DNA of 32,000 bases, taken from NCBI RefSeq assembly GCF_000014785.1, contig NC_008340.1:330001-362000 (forward strand), written 5' to 3'. The DNA is from Alkalilimnicola ehrlichii MLHE-1 (GTDB lineage Bacteria > Pseudomonadota > Gammaproteobacteria > Nitrococcales > Halorhodospiraceae). The translations under genes were made by a program, and so were the position numbers. Shown here piece by piece: positions 16,166 to 24,701 of this stretch (its first letter is position 1; the number at the start of each line of letters is the position of its first letter). A model generated the notes under the pieces. The model searched no databases. It was not told the origin of the DNA and saw only the letters and a program-made list of their open reading frames with translations.

Positions 16166-16194
16166 CACAGCAGGGTGTCCCTATCGATCGTGGC

Positions 16195-17262
16195 TCAGGG
16201 GTGGTTCGGCGGTGGTCGCCGGCCGGTCACCGCCGGCACGTGCATCATAGCCCAGGTCATGACCCCGGCGAGGATGGCCATCACCAGGATAGGGACCTGC
16301 CAGCCGCGGTCCCGCTCCAATTGGTAGATGGCGCCCGCGGCGGCCAGGTGCTGATCACCGTCGATGTGAAAACGGCTGACCGGCGCCTGTGGGCCCTCGT
16401 CGCGCATGGGGACACTGCGCCAGGGTGTCGGCCGGCCGTCGCGATTGCTCTCGTCGGCGACCCAAATCCCCTCGTCGCTGGCCGCCCAGACCCGGCCACG
16501 GGCGTCCGCGGCCAGATCGAGCACCCGGAAGCCATGCCGTCCGGTGCCCAGGGCCTGCCAGCGTTCCCCGGGTTGGGACTGCCACCAGGCGCCGCGGTCG
16601 CTGCCCAGGATGATGCCACCCTCCCGGCGGAGCAGGGAGAATCCACGGGCATGGCGGTGCAGACCCTCGCTGTTGGGACGCCAGTCGGCCCCCGGGTCTG
16701 GCCGGTAATAGGCGCCTTCCGCCACCGTCCCCACGTGGTCCCCGCCCTGGGTATCCCGGGCGTAGTGATAGATGTGGACCCCCGCCGGCAGCCCGCGGCT
16801 GTGGTCGGCGTGCCAACGCCCCTGGTCATCCCGCCGGTAGAGCCCCTGGTCGGGGCTAAGCAGGCGCAGGCCGTCCGGCAGAGGCTCGAACTGCAGCACC
16901 CACAGCCCCTCCGGCAGACCCCGCTCCACCGGTGCCCACTGGCGCCCGTCCGGCGAGGCGTACACCCCTCGGATGGTTCCGGCCAGCAGCCCATCACCGT
17001 CCGGCAGCAGCCAGGTGATCGCGGGCAGGCCGGTATTGTGCAGGCGCCACGGACCGCCCGGGTCACGTTCCAGCACGGCGCCGGATTGGGCCCCGGCGAA
17101 CAGGCGCCCGTCAGGGGCGGTGGTGAGGGCCATGAAGTGTTCGCCGGGATAGGGGCTGATCGGCACCCAGTGTTCCCGGTCGCCGACCCAGGCGGTGCCG
17201 GCGAGGTACAGCAGGCCGGCGACCAGGGCGGGCACACCGAGTTGCAGGGCCTTAGCGCTCAT
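16195..17262 (-). CDS. hypothetical protein: N-terminal and C-terminal TM segments flanking seven propeller-like repeats
   Basis: Seven repeats of about 40 aa follow the pattern hydrophobic-x-G...G-hydrophobic-Y/W...D-x-G-x-x-W (for example GVYASPDGRQWAPV, GLYRRDDQGRWHAD, GAWWQSQPGERWQAL). The start overlaps the stop of the upstream FAD oxidase by 11 nt. Confidence 0.6.
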   Translation of the reverse strand: MSAKALQLGVPALVAGLLYLAGTAWVGDREHWVPISPYPGEHFMALTTAPDGRLFAGAQSGAVLERDPGGPWRLHNTGLPAITWLLPDGDGLLAGTIRGVYASPDGRQWAPVERGLPEGLWVLQFEPLPDGLRLLSPDQGLYRRDDQGRWHADHSRGLPAGVHIYHYARDTQGGDHVGTVAEGAYYRPDPGADWRPNSEGLHRHARGFSLLRREGGIILGSDRGAWWQSQPGERWQALGTGRHGFRVLDLAADARGRVWAASDEGIWVADESNRDGRPTPWRSVPMRDEGPQAPVSRFHIDGDQHLAAAGAIYQLERDRGWQVPILVMAILAGVMTWAMMHVPAVTGRRPPPNHP

Positions 17263-18691
17263 CGCCGGGAATCAGCTTGCCGGGATTGAGCCGCTGATCC
17301 GGGTCCAGCGCGCGCTTGATGCTGCGCATCAGGTCCAGTTCCACCGGCGACTTATGGCGGCGCAGGGCATCGGCCTTGAGCAGGCCCACGCCGTGCTCGG
17401 CAGCGATGGAGCCGCCCATCTCGGTCACCAACTCATGGATCAGTTCGTTGTAGTGATCCCACCGGGCGAGAAAGACCTCCGGGGCCTCGCCTTCGGGCTG
17501 GCTGAGGTTGAAATGCAGGTTGCCGTCGCCCACGTGGCCGAAGGTGCAAAGGCGCACCCTCGGATCCTCGGCGCGGATCCGTGCCTCCGCGGCGGTCAGA
17601 AAGTCCGGGAGGCGCGAGGTGGCGACGGCGATATCGTGCTTGATGCTGGCGCCAGCGCGGCTCTGACCGCCCGGGATGCCCTCGCGTATGGCCCACAGGC
17701 GCCGCCCGTCCTGGGCATCCGCGGCCAGCACCGCGTCCAGCACCTCGCCCTGCTCCCGGGCAGTGGCCAGGCTTTCGCTCAGCGCCGCCCGCAGCCCGGC
17801 CCGGGGGCTGGGGCTGGCCAGCTCCACCAGCAGATACCAGGGGGCATCCTCCGGCAGTCGTGCCGGGGGGGCGCCGGCCTCCTCCCGGCCCAATCGGAAG
17901 GCGAGGGCGCTCATCAGCTCGCAGGCGGTGACGGTGTCACCGCTGTCCGCCTGCAGGCGGCGCAATAGGGCAATGGCCCGGCGCGGGTCGGTGACCGCCA
18001 CCAGGGCCGTCTGAATGTCCCGGGGCCGGGGGAAGAGGCGGAACACGGCGGCGGTGATGATGCCCAGGGTGCCTTCGCTGCCGATGAACAGATCGCGCAG
18101 GTCCAACCCGCTGTTGTCTTTGCGCAGTCCGCGCAGACCGTCCCAGACGCGGCCATCGGCGAGCACCACCTCCAGGCCCAGGGTGAGTTCGCGGGCATTG
18201 CCGTAACGCAGCACGTTGGTGCCGCCGGCATTGCTGCCCAGATTGCCGCCGATGCGGCACTGCGCCTCCGAGGGCAGGCTCAGAGGGAAGAGGCGGTCGG
18301 CCCCGGCGGCGGCCTGCTGGACGTCCACCAGCCGGCAGCCCGCCTCCACGGTGAGGGTGTTGTTCTCCGGGTCGATGGCGCGGACCCGGTCCATCCGCTC
18401 CAGGCTCAGTACCACCTGCCCTTGCTCGCTTTGCGGGGCCCCGCCCCCCACCAGGCCGGTGTTGCCGGACTGGGGGACAATGGCCAGGCCGAGTTCGGCG
18501 CAGCAGCGCACGGCGCGGCTCACCGCCTCGGTGGAATCCGGGCGCAGCACGCAGAGCGCCGCGCCGGGAAAGCGGCCGCGCCACTCGCGCAGGTAGGGTG
18601 CCATGGCGGGGCCGGGGCCGATCACCGCCTCGGCGCCGAGGCAGTCACGGAGTTGATCCAGGGGGGCGGTGGTTGTGGTGGGCATGGTCAT
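17252..18691 (-). CDS. FAD-linked oxidase (GlcD / D-2-hydroxyacid dehydrogenase family)
   Basis: The FAD-binding PCMH-type N-domain is present (IVPQSGNTGLVGG...). The C-terminal FAD-oxidase domain includes HVGDGNLHFN and AEHGVG. Confidence 0.88.
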   Translation of the reverse strand: MTMPTTTTAPLDQLRDCLGAEAVIGPGPAMAPYLREWRGRFPGAALCVLRPDSTEAVSRAVRCCAELGLAIVPQSGNTGLVGGGAPQSEQGQVVLSLERMDRVRAIDPENNTLTVEAGCRLVDVQQAAAGADRLFPLSLPSEAQCRIGGNLGSNAGGTNVLRYGNARELTLGLEVVLADGRVWDGLRGLRKDNSGLDLRDLFIGSEGTLGIITAAVFRLFPRPRDIQTALVAVTDPRRAIALLRRLQADSGDTVTACELMSALAFRLGREEAGAPPARLPEDAPWYLLVELASPSPRAGLRAALSESLATAREQGEVLDAVLAADAQDGRRLWAIREGIPGGQSRAGASIKHDIAVATSRLPDFLTAAEARIRAEDPRVRLCTFGHVGDGNLHFNLSQPEGEAPEVFLARWDHYNELIHELVTEMGGSIAAEHGVGLLKADALRRHKSPVELDLMRSIKRALDPDQRLNPGKLIPGDER

Positions 18692-18704
18692 TCCAGCGGT
18701 CCGG

Positions 18705-20138
18705 TCACAGATAAGGGCTCAGCAGCCAGAACAGGGCATCCCGGGCCTTCACCGGCAGAGTGCGCTCATGTAGTTGCGCGGCGTCGGCGGGCTCGCTCCT
18801 GTGCTGGGTCTCCCGGCAGTGTGCCACCATCTGCCCGGCAAAGCTGCGATCGTGCGTCTCCAGGGTGAGCTCAAAGTTCAGCCGCAGGCTGCGCGGGTCC
18901 AGATTGGCGGAGCCGATGTGGGTGTAATGCTCATCGATGATTAACAGTTTGGTATGGTTAAACGGTGCCGGCTGATACCAGACCTTCACCCCCCAGTGAA
19001 GCAGCTCCCAGAGCATGTGGCGACTGGCCCAGTCCACGTAAGGCAGGTTGCTGCGCCGGGGGAGCAGGATATTCACCTCTACGCCCCGAAGCGCCGCCGC
19101 CTGCAGGGCGGTGGTGAGGGGGCGGGGGGGCAGGAAATAGGGGGTCATGATCCATACGGACTCCCGCGCGGCGCTGATGGCCGCCACCATAATCATCAAC
19201 AGCCGGTCCAGATCTTCATTGGGGCCGTCGACAATGGCGCGGCAGGCCGCCTGGCCCTGGGGCTGAAGCGGGACGGGGGGCACGCTCTGTTCACTGCCGG
19301 TGGCGAAGGCCCAGTCCTCCAGAAAGACCTGCTCCAGGTTGGCCACCACCGGGCCGGTGACCCGGAAATGCAGATCCTGCACCGGGCGGCGGCCGGCCCC
19401 AACGCCGGTGAGGTGGTGCTCGCTGATGTTCATGCCGCCGGTGAAGGCCGTCTCGCCGTCGGCCACCAGCAGTTTGCGGTGGTTGCGCAGATTGACGTAG
19501 ATCTCCGGGGGCAGGAGTCGGGGCGCGAGGAAGCGGGCGTGGGGAATACCCTGACGGTAGAGCAGGCGGCTGATCCGGGGGAGGTGGGGGAAGGTGTACC
19601 ACTCGCCGAAGCCGTCCACCAGCACCCGCACATCGACCCCGCGCCGGTGGGCGTGGGCCAGGGCCCGGACGAAGCGCCGGCCGGTGGGGCTGTTGTTAAA
19701 GATGTAGGTGCTGAGATAGAGCCGGTGGCGGGCCTGGTCAATGGCCTGCAGCATGCGCGGATAGGCCTGCTCGCCGTTCTGCAGGGCTTCCAGGTGGTTG
19801 CCCTGGTAGAGCATCCGTCCGGTGATGGCATCGGCGCTGCGGACCAGTTCGGAACAACTGGCCGCACCGCCGGCCGGGCAGGGGGAGGCGTGTGCCGCCG
19901 GAACGTCCGGCACCTCGGCGCCCGGCGAGAGCAGCTTGCGGGCACGGGTGCGTACCCGGTTGATGCCGAAGAAAAAGTAGATCAGCGGGCCGGCTACCGG
20001 GAAGGCCAGGCAGACGGCGATCCACGCCATGGCCACGGAGGGCTCGCGTTTGTTGAGCAGGGCGTGGCCGGCGGCGATCGGACCGACCACGGCCTGGGCG
20101 ATACTCAGCAGAGCCAGCAGTAGGGTAAGCGGTTCCAT
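18705..20138 (-). CDS. cls: cardiolipin synthase
   Basis: There are two N-terminal TM helices and two HKD motifs (NHRKLLVADG... and NHTKLLIIDEHYTHIGSANLD). Confidence 0.9.
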   Translation of the reverse strand: MEPLTLLLALLSIAQAVVGPIAAGHALLNKREPSVAMAWIAVCLAFPVAGPLIYFFFGINRVRTRARKLLSPGAEVPDVPAAHASPCPAGGAASCSELVRSADAITGRMLYQGNHLEALQNGEQAYPRMLQAIDQARHRLYLSTYIFNNSPTGRRFVRALAHAHRRGVDVRVLVDGFGEWYTFPHLPRISRLLYRQGIPHARFLAPRLLPPEIYVNLRNHRKLLVADGETAFTGGMNISEHHLTGVGAGRRPVQDLHFRVTGPVVANLEQVFLEDWAFATGSEQSVPPVPLQPQGQAACRAIVDGPNEDLDRLLMIMVAAISAARESVWIMTPYFLPPRPLTTALQAAALRGVEVNILLPRRSNLPYVDWASRHMLWELLHWGVKVWYQPAPFNHTKLLIIDEHYTHIGSANLDPRSLRLNFELTLETHDRSFAGQMVAHCRETQHRSEPADAAQLHERTLPVKARDALFWLLSPYL

Positions 20139-20246
20139 GGCCTCCCGGTGTCCGGTTTGTGGTGGCCAGCCTCATTGACCGGTTACCCTACCACGCGCGG
20201 GGCTTGCGCGCCCCCTGACACAGCCAACCCGAAGGATAAAGCGACC

Positions 20247-21905
20247 ATGGCAGTACAGGCGAAATCCGGATTGCTCAAGGGGATGAACCCAACGGTCACC
20301 GTGGTGACGGTGGTGGTCATGCTGGTCTCGGTCATCCTCGGCGCCGGCTGGACGGAGCAATCCGCCGCTGCCATCAGCACGGCGCGTGAGACCCTGAACC
20401 CCTTCCTGGAATGGTACTACGTGGTGCTGGTGGCGGTGTTCTTCGTCTTTTGCCTGTGGCTGGGCGTGGGCCGGTACAAGAATGTGCGCCTGGGTGGCGA
20501 TACCGAGCGGCCGGAGTTCACCACCTTCTCCTGGGTGGCCATGCTGTTTGCGGCCGGAACGGGGGTGGGGATCATCTTCTGGAGCATCGCCGAGCCCATC
20601 ATGCACTTCGACTCCAACCCCTTCGCTGCCGACGGCAGCCCCGAGTCGGCGGCAGTGGCTATGCGCCTGACCTTCTTTCACTGGGGGCTCCCGGGGTGGG
20701 CGATCTTCGGGCTGGTGGGGCTGGTGCTGGCCTATTTCAGTTTCCGTCACAGCCTGCCGTTGACCGTCCGCTCGGCCCTCTACCCCTTCCTGGGGCACCG
20801 TATCCACGGCCCGATCGGTGATCTGGTGGACAGCCTGGCGGTGTTCGGCACGGTCTTCGGCATCGCGACGACCCTGGGGTTGGGGGTGCAGCAGATGAAC
20901 ACCGGACTGGGCCAGCTCTTCGGACTGGACACCACGCTCACCCTGCAACTGGGGGTCACCGCGGTGATCATGTTCATCGCCACGGCGTCGGTGGTCTCCG
21001 GGGTGAAGCGCGGGGTTCGGCTGCTCTCCGAGGCCAACTTCTGGCTGAGTGTGGTCATTGTGCTCTTTTTCCTGATCTTCGGCCCCACCCACTACCTGTT
21101 TGCGCTGACCATCGAGTCCACCGGCGAGTACCTGCAGAACCTGCTGGCCATGACCTTCTACACCCACGCCAACAAGGACACCGGCTGGCAGGCGGAGTGG
21201 ACAGTCTTCTTCTGGGGCTGGTGGATTGCCTGGTCGCCCTTCGTGGGCATGTTCATCGCCCGCATCTCCCGCGGGCGCACGGTGCGCGAGTTCATGCTCG
21301 GGGTGCTGCTGATGCCCACGGTGATCACCTTCGTCTGGATCGGGCTGTTCGGCGGCACCGCCCTGCACCAGGAGCTGTTCGGCGACGGTGGCGTGGTTGC
21401 GGCGGTGAGTCAGGATGTCTCGGTGGCCATCTTCCACACCATCGAGGGGATGCAATTGGGCCTTCTGGGGCAGGCGGCGGGGGTGCTGGTCACGGTCCTG
21501 ATCGCCACCTATCTGATCACCTCCGCCAATGCCGGCACCCTGGTCATCAACACGCTCCTGGCCAATGGGGACACCGATCCGCCCACCGGGCACCGGATCC
21601 TCTGGGGCGTGGTGCTGGCCCTGCTGACGGCGGTGCTCCTGGTGGCCGGTGGGCTGGAGACGCTGCAGGCGGCGGTCATTCTGGCGGGGCTGCCCTTTTC
21701 GTTAGTGATGGTGGCGATGCTGCTCGGTTTGGTGAAGGCCCTGGAGCAGGAGCGCTACGCACCGCGTCCCGGTGCCCGTACGCTGGCGCCGACCGAACCC
21801 TGGGTGGGCATGGACCAGGCCGGCGATACCCTGCACGAGCCCCGCGGCACGGCCGGGGCGGCCGGGGAGTACCAGCCCAGTGCCCGGACCGGCGCCGAGG
21901 GCTAG
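20247..21905 (+). CDS. BCCT-family (betaine/carnitine/choline) transporter
   Basis: The ATG at 20247 has AAGGA 10 nt upstream. The BCCT signature is WTVFFWGWWIAWSPFVGMFIARISRGRTVREF. The product is polytopic. Confidence 0.9.
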   Translation: MAVQAKSGLLKGMNPTVTVVTVVVMLVSVILGAGWTEQSAAAISTARETLNPFLEWYYVVLVAVFFVFCLWLGVGRYKNVRLGGDTERPEFTTFSWVAMLFAAGTGVGIIFWSIAEPIMHFDSNPFAADGSPESAAVAMRLTFFHWGLPGWAIFGLVGLVLAYFSFRHSLPLTVRSALYPFLGHRIHGPIGDLVDSLAVFGTVFGIATTLGLGVQQMNTGLGQLFGLDTTLTLQLGVTAVIMFIATASVVSGVKRGVRLLSEANFWLSVVIVLFFLIFGPTHYLFALTIESTGEYLQNLLAMTFYTHANKDTGWQAEWTVFFWGWWIAWSPFVGMFIARISRGRTVREFMLGVLLMPTVITFVWIGLFGGTALHQELFGDGGVVAAVSQDVSVAIFHTIEGMQLGLLGQAAGVLVTVLIATYLITSANAGTLVINTLLANGDTDPPTGHRILWGVVLALLTAVLLVAGGLETLQAAVILAGLPFSLVMVAMLLGLVKALEQERYAPRPGARTLAPTEPWVGMDQAGDTLHEPRGTAGAAGEYQPSARTGAEG

Positions 21906-22036
21906 CGCCGGTCCGGCCCCGGCGGGCCCGTGCGGCTCGGGCGGGTGTGGGGCCAAGAGGCTTGCTGCTGCAGGCGCTTAGCTTTAGACTTCAATAAAGT
22001 CAAGAACCCGCGGCATTCCGCTGCACGAGGTTGCCC

Positions 22037-22468
22037 ATGAACGATATGCACGAACACGAGCACGACGACATCGTCTCGCGCCTGCGGGACGCGGGCCTGA
22101 GACCCACGCGGCAGCGCCTGGCCCTGGCCGATCTGCTGTTCTCCCACGGCGATCGCCACGTGACGGCGGAATCGCTCTACGACGAAGCCCTCGGCCAGGG
22201 GGTGCGGGTGTCGCTGGCCACCATCTACAACACCCTGAACCAGTTCACCTCCTCGGGGTTGCTCCGTGAGGTGGTGGTGGACTCCGGCAAGTCCTATTTC
22301 GACACCAACACCGAGGCCCACCAGCACGTGTTCAACGAGGACACCGGGGCTATCGACGATGTCCAGCTGAGCCTGGATGCGGAGGAACTCGCCAGCCGCA
22401 TCGCTGTGCCCGAGGGGCATGAGATCACCGGCGTCGATGTCGTGGTGAGGCTGCGCCGCAGCCAGTGA
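22037..22468 (+). CDS. Fur-family transcriptional regulator (Cys-less, Irr/Mur-like)
   Basis: The winged-helix region is RPTRQRLALADLL...SLATIYNTLNQF. The metal-site region is SYFDTNTEAHQHVF. There are no CxxC pairs. The N-terminus contains HEHEH. Confidence 0.85.
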   Translation: MNDMHEHEHDDIVSRLRDAGLRPTRQRLALADLLFSHGDRHVTAESLYDEALGQGVRVSLATIYNTLNQFTSSGLLREVVVDSGKSYFDTNTEAHQHVFNEDTGAIDDVQLSLDAEELASRIAVPEGHEITGVDVVVRLRRSQ

Positions 22469-22567
22469 TCCCCCCGGTCCTGACCCCGCGCACCGTGCTC
22501 CGGGGGCAGGCCGCCCCCGTTCCCCTCCACCCCCGGGCTCGTATAGGATGCAGCTTTTGCCGGGGGA

Positions 22568-23398
22568 ATGGCCATGGCCGGTAGCCAGGGCGGCGTCGGT
22601 ATCTATGTGGATGCCGCCAACATCCAGATGAACGGCGGCTTCGGCATGCAGTACGACGTGCTGCGGGAGTTTGCCTGTCGGACCGGGGCCGAGCCCATCC
22701 GCCTCAATGCCTATGTGACCTACGATGAGCAGCGGGCCGAGCGCGACCGCGGCTACCACCAGCGGGTGAACAACTTCTTTCAGTCCATCCGCGAGTTCGG
22801 CTACAAGGTCATCATCAAGAAGTACCGCTGGTACCGGGACGAGGAGGGCAATGCCTACGCCAAGGCCAACGCCGACCTGGATATGGCGGTGGATGCCCTG
22901 CTGCAGTCGCAGAGCCTGACCCGGGTAATGATGGTCACCGGCGACGGGGACTTCGTTCAGGTGGTAAGGGCGCTGCAGAACCAGGGCTGCCGGGTGGAGC
23001 TGCTGGCCTTCGACAATATCTCCTCGGAGCTTCGCCGCGAGGCCGATGTGTTCGTCTCCGGCTATCTGGTGCCCGGCCTGCTGCCACCGCGTGAGCAGCA
23101 GGGGCGCCCGGTCTGGGGGGAGATGGGCTCACGGGTGCGGGGCATCTGCTATTACCACAGCCCGGACGGGTATGGGTTTCTGCGTTTCATGCGGCGGATC
23201 GCCGACCACCTCTGGGTGACCGACACCCGCCATCCCCACTCGCCTTACGCCTCGGCCTATTTCCGTGACAGTGACCTGCCCGCCAATCTCAAGCCCGGCG
23301 ATCTCCCAAGCCACGGCATCATCCTTGAGTTCGACATCCACCCCTCGTCGGTGAAGGAGGGGGCGCTGGAGGCCAGCGACATCCAGCGCGTGCGCTGA
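22568..23398 (+). CDS. NYN (LabA-like) nuclease domain protein with a C-terminal cold-shock-like OB domain
   Basis: NYN motifs are GIYVDAANI and MVTGDGDF. The C-terminal 90 aa contain SPDGYGFLRF...AYFRDSDL...GIILEFDI, which resembles a CSD/S1 fold. An ATG at 22574 is an alternative start. Confidence 0.75.
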   Translation: MAMAGSQGGVGIYVDAANIQMNGGFGMQYDVLREFACRTGAEPIRLNAYVTYDEQRAERDRGYHQRVNNFFQSIREFGYKVIIKKYRWYRDEEGNAYAKANADLDMAVDALLQSQSLTRVMMVTGDGDFVQVVRALQNQGCRVELLAFDNISSELRREADVFVSGYLVPGLLPPREQQGRPVWGEMGSRVRGICYYHSPDGYGFLRFMRRIADHLWVTDTRHPHSPYASAYFRDSDLPANLKPGDLPSHGIILEFDIHPSSVKEGALEASDIQRVR

Positions 23399-23408
23399 GC
23401 CCGGCCGG

Positions 23409-24365
23409 TCAGCGCCCCGGGTCCAGGGCCCGGGCCATCTCCCGCGCCACCTGGTCGAGCGCTTCGCGGCTGTCCACGTCGCCTGGCAACAGCGGCAGGC
23501 GCAACGGGTGCAGATCCGGGAAGTACTCATCGATACGTGCCAGCCAGCGGTGCTCCCGGGCCAGCCGCTCTCGGAAGAAGGGATCGGTGACGCCTTCAGG
23601 CAGGAGCTTGTTCACCACCAGGTGGCGCACGTGGATGTTCCAGTCGGCCAGCTCCCGGATGGCGTTGCGGGTCTCGGTGATGGGCAGGTATTCCGGGACG
23701 AGGACAAAGACAAAGGCGGTGGTCTGGTCATCCAACAGGATGTCACGCATGGCCGCGGCCCGCTGGCGGCGTCGGCTGAGCACGTCGTAGAGCGGGTCGT
23801 CCGGGACCTCGCCGTCGCCCAGCCAGTGGGAGTAGTCCCTGTTGCGTTTGTGGCGCCGCTTGAGCAGCCCGTCCACCCAGGTGCCCATGAGTTCGGGCAG
23901 GGTGAGCAGCCGTACCGTATGCCCGGTGGGGGCGGTGTCGAACACCAGCAGGTCATAGGCCTGGGACTCCTCCAGAATCAGGCTGACCATACGGTCGAAC
24001 AGGGCGGCCTCGGCGGCTCCGGGGGAGTGCGCGGCCAGGTCGATCTGGCGCAGGGCCTCGTCCAGCATGGTGGAGCGCACCGTGCGCCGGATATTCTCCT
24101 TGACCCCGTCCAGGTAGCGATGGGTCTCCCGATGGACGTCCACCTCGACGGCGTCCAGGTTGGGGGCGACGCGGGTGATGCCCTCGCCGCCGATGGGGGT
24201 GTGAAACAAGTCCGCCAGGTTGTGTGCCGGGTCGGTGGAGACCAGCAGCACCCGCCGGTCCTGGTCCGCCGCATAGAGGGCGAAGGCCGCAGCGGAGGTG
24301 GACTTGCCGACCCCGCCCTTGCCGGCGAAGAACACCACCTGCCGGTTCAGCAGTGCGTTATCCAT
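23409..24365 (-). CDS. ArsA/Get3-family P-loop ATPase (single-domain, no cysteines)
   Basis: The deviant Walker A is GKGGVGKST. STDPAHNL and the family signature DTAPTGHTVRLL are present. The 318-aa product contains no Cys residue. Confidence 0.88.
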   Translation of the reverse strand: MDNALLNRQVVFFAGKGGVGKSTSAAAFALYAADQDRRVLLVSTDPAHNLADLFHTPIGGEGITRVAPNLDAVEVDVHRETHRYLDGVKENIRRTVRSTMLDEALRQIDLAAHSPGAAEAALFDRMVSLILEESQAYDLLVFDTAPTGHTVRLLTLPELMGTWVDGLLKRRHKRNRDYSHWLGDGEVPDDPLYDVLSRRRQRAAAMRDILLDDQTTAFVFVLVPEYLPITETRNAIRELADWNIHVRHLVVNKLLPEGVTDPFFRERLAREHRWLARIDEYFPDLHPLRLPLLPGDVDSREALDQVAREMARALDPGR

Positions 24366-24374
24366 GGGCCCCCC

Positions 24375-24650
24375 TCAGCAGCAGCGGATGTGGTCCAGTG
24401 GGGAATGCTCCATACCCATGCGCCGGTGCCACTCGTGGAACTCCTCAATGATCAGCGGGTAGAGCTCCAGGGTGTGGTAGGAGACGGGGTTGGGCACCCC
24501 GAGCATCTCTGAAAAGCACATGAACAGGAACAGGTCGTCCTCATCCCGCAGCTCGCGGATGACCTCGGCCTCATGGCCGAGCCGCAGCATCCGGTCGTAG
24601 CGATAAAGCCAGCGGGCGATGGGGTTACGGGGTTCATTCGGGTCGCTCAT
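24375..24650 (-). CDS. small conserved-looking protein ending in Arg-Cys-Cys-stop
   Basis: The 91-aa ORF has GGGAGG 5 nt upstream of its ATG. It starts 51 nt after the cstA stop and ends 9 nt before the ArsA-like start. The C-terminus is ...LDHIRCC followed by TGA. Confidence 0.6.
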   Translation of the reverse strand: MSDPNEPRNPIARWLYRYDRMLRLGHEAEVIRELRDEDDLFLFMCFSEMLGVPNPVSYHTLELYPLIIEEFHEWHRRMGMEHSPLDHIRCC

Positions 24651-24671
24651 GGCGGCCTCCCAAATGGGCAG

Positions 24672-24694
24672 GGCGGGGGCCTGAGGCCCCCGCC
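24672..24694 (-). promoter_or_regulatory. Perfect 10-bp GC-rich hairpin between cstA and the CC-tail gene
   Basis: GGCGGGGGCC-TGA-GGCCCCCGCC on the plus strand, which is the same stem on the minus-strand RNA. It is not followed by a U-tract, so it is more likely an intercistronic stabiliser or attenuator than a full terminator. Confidence 0.5.
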
Positions 24695-24701
24695 GTGACG
24701 G

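Noticed and set aside
20148-20246. Upstream start (20148) for the BCCT transporter
   Set aside because: That start lies only about 10 nt from the divergent cls start codon, leaving no promoter space. It also adds a non-hydrophobic leader without an SD. The ATG at 20247 has AAGGA upstream and begins just before the first TM helix.
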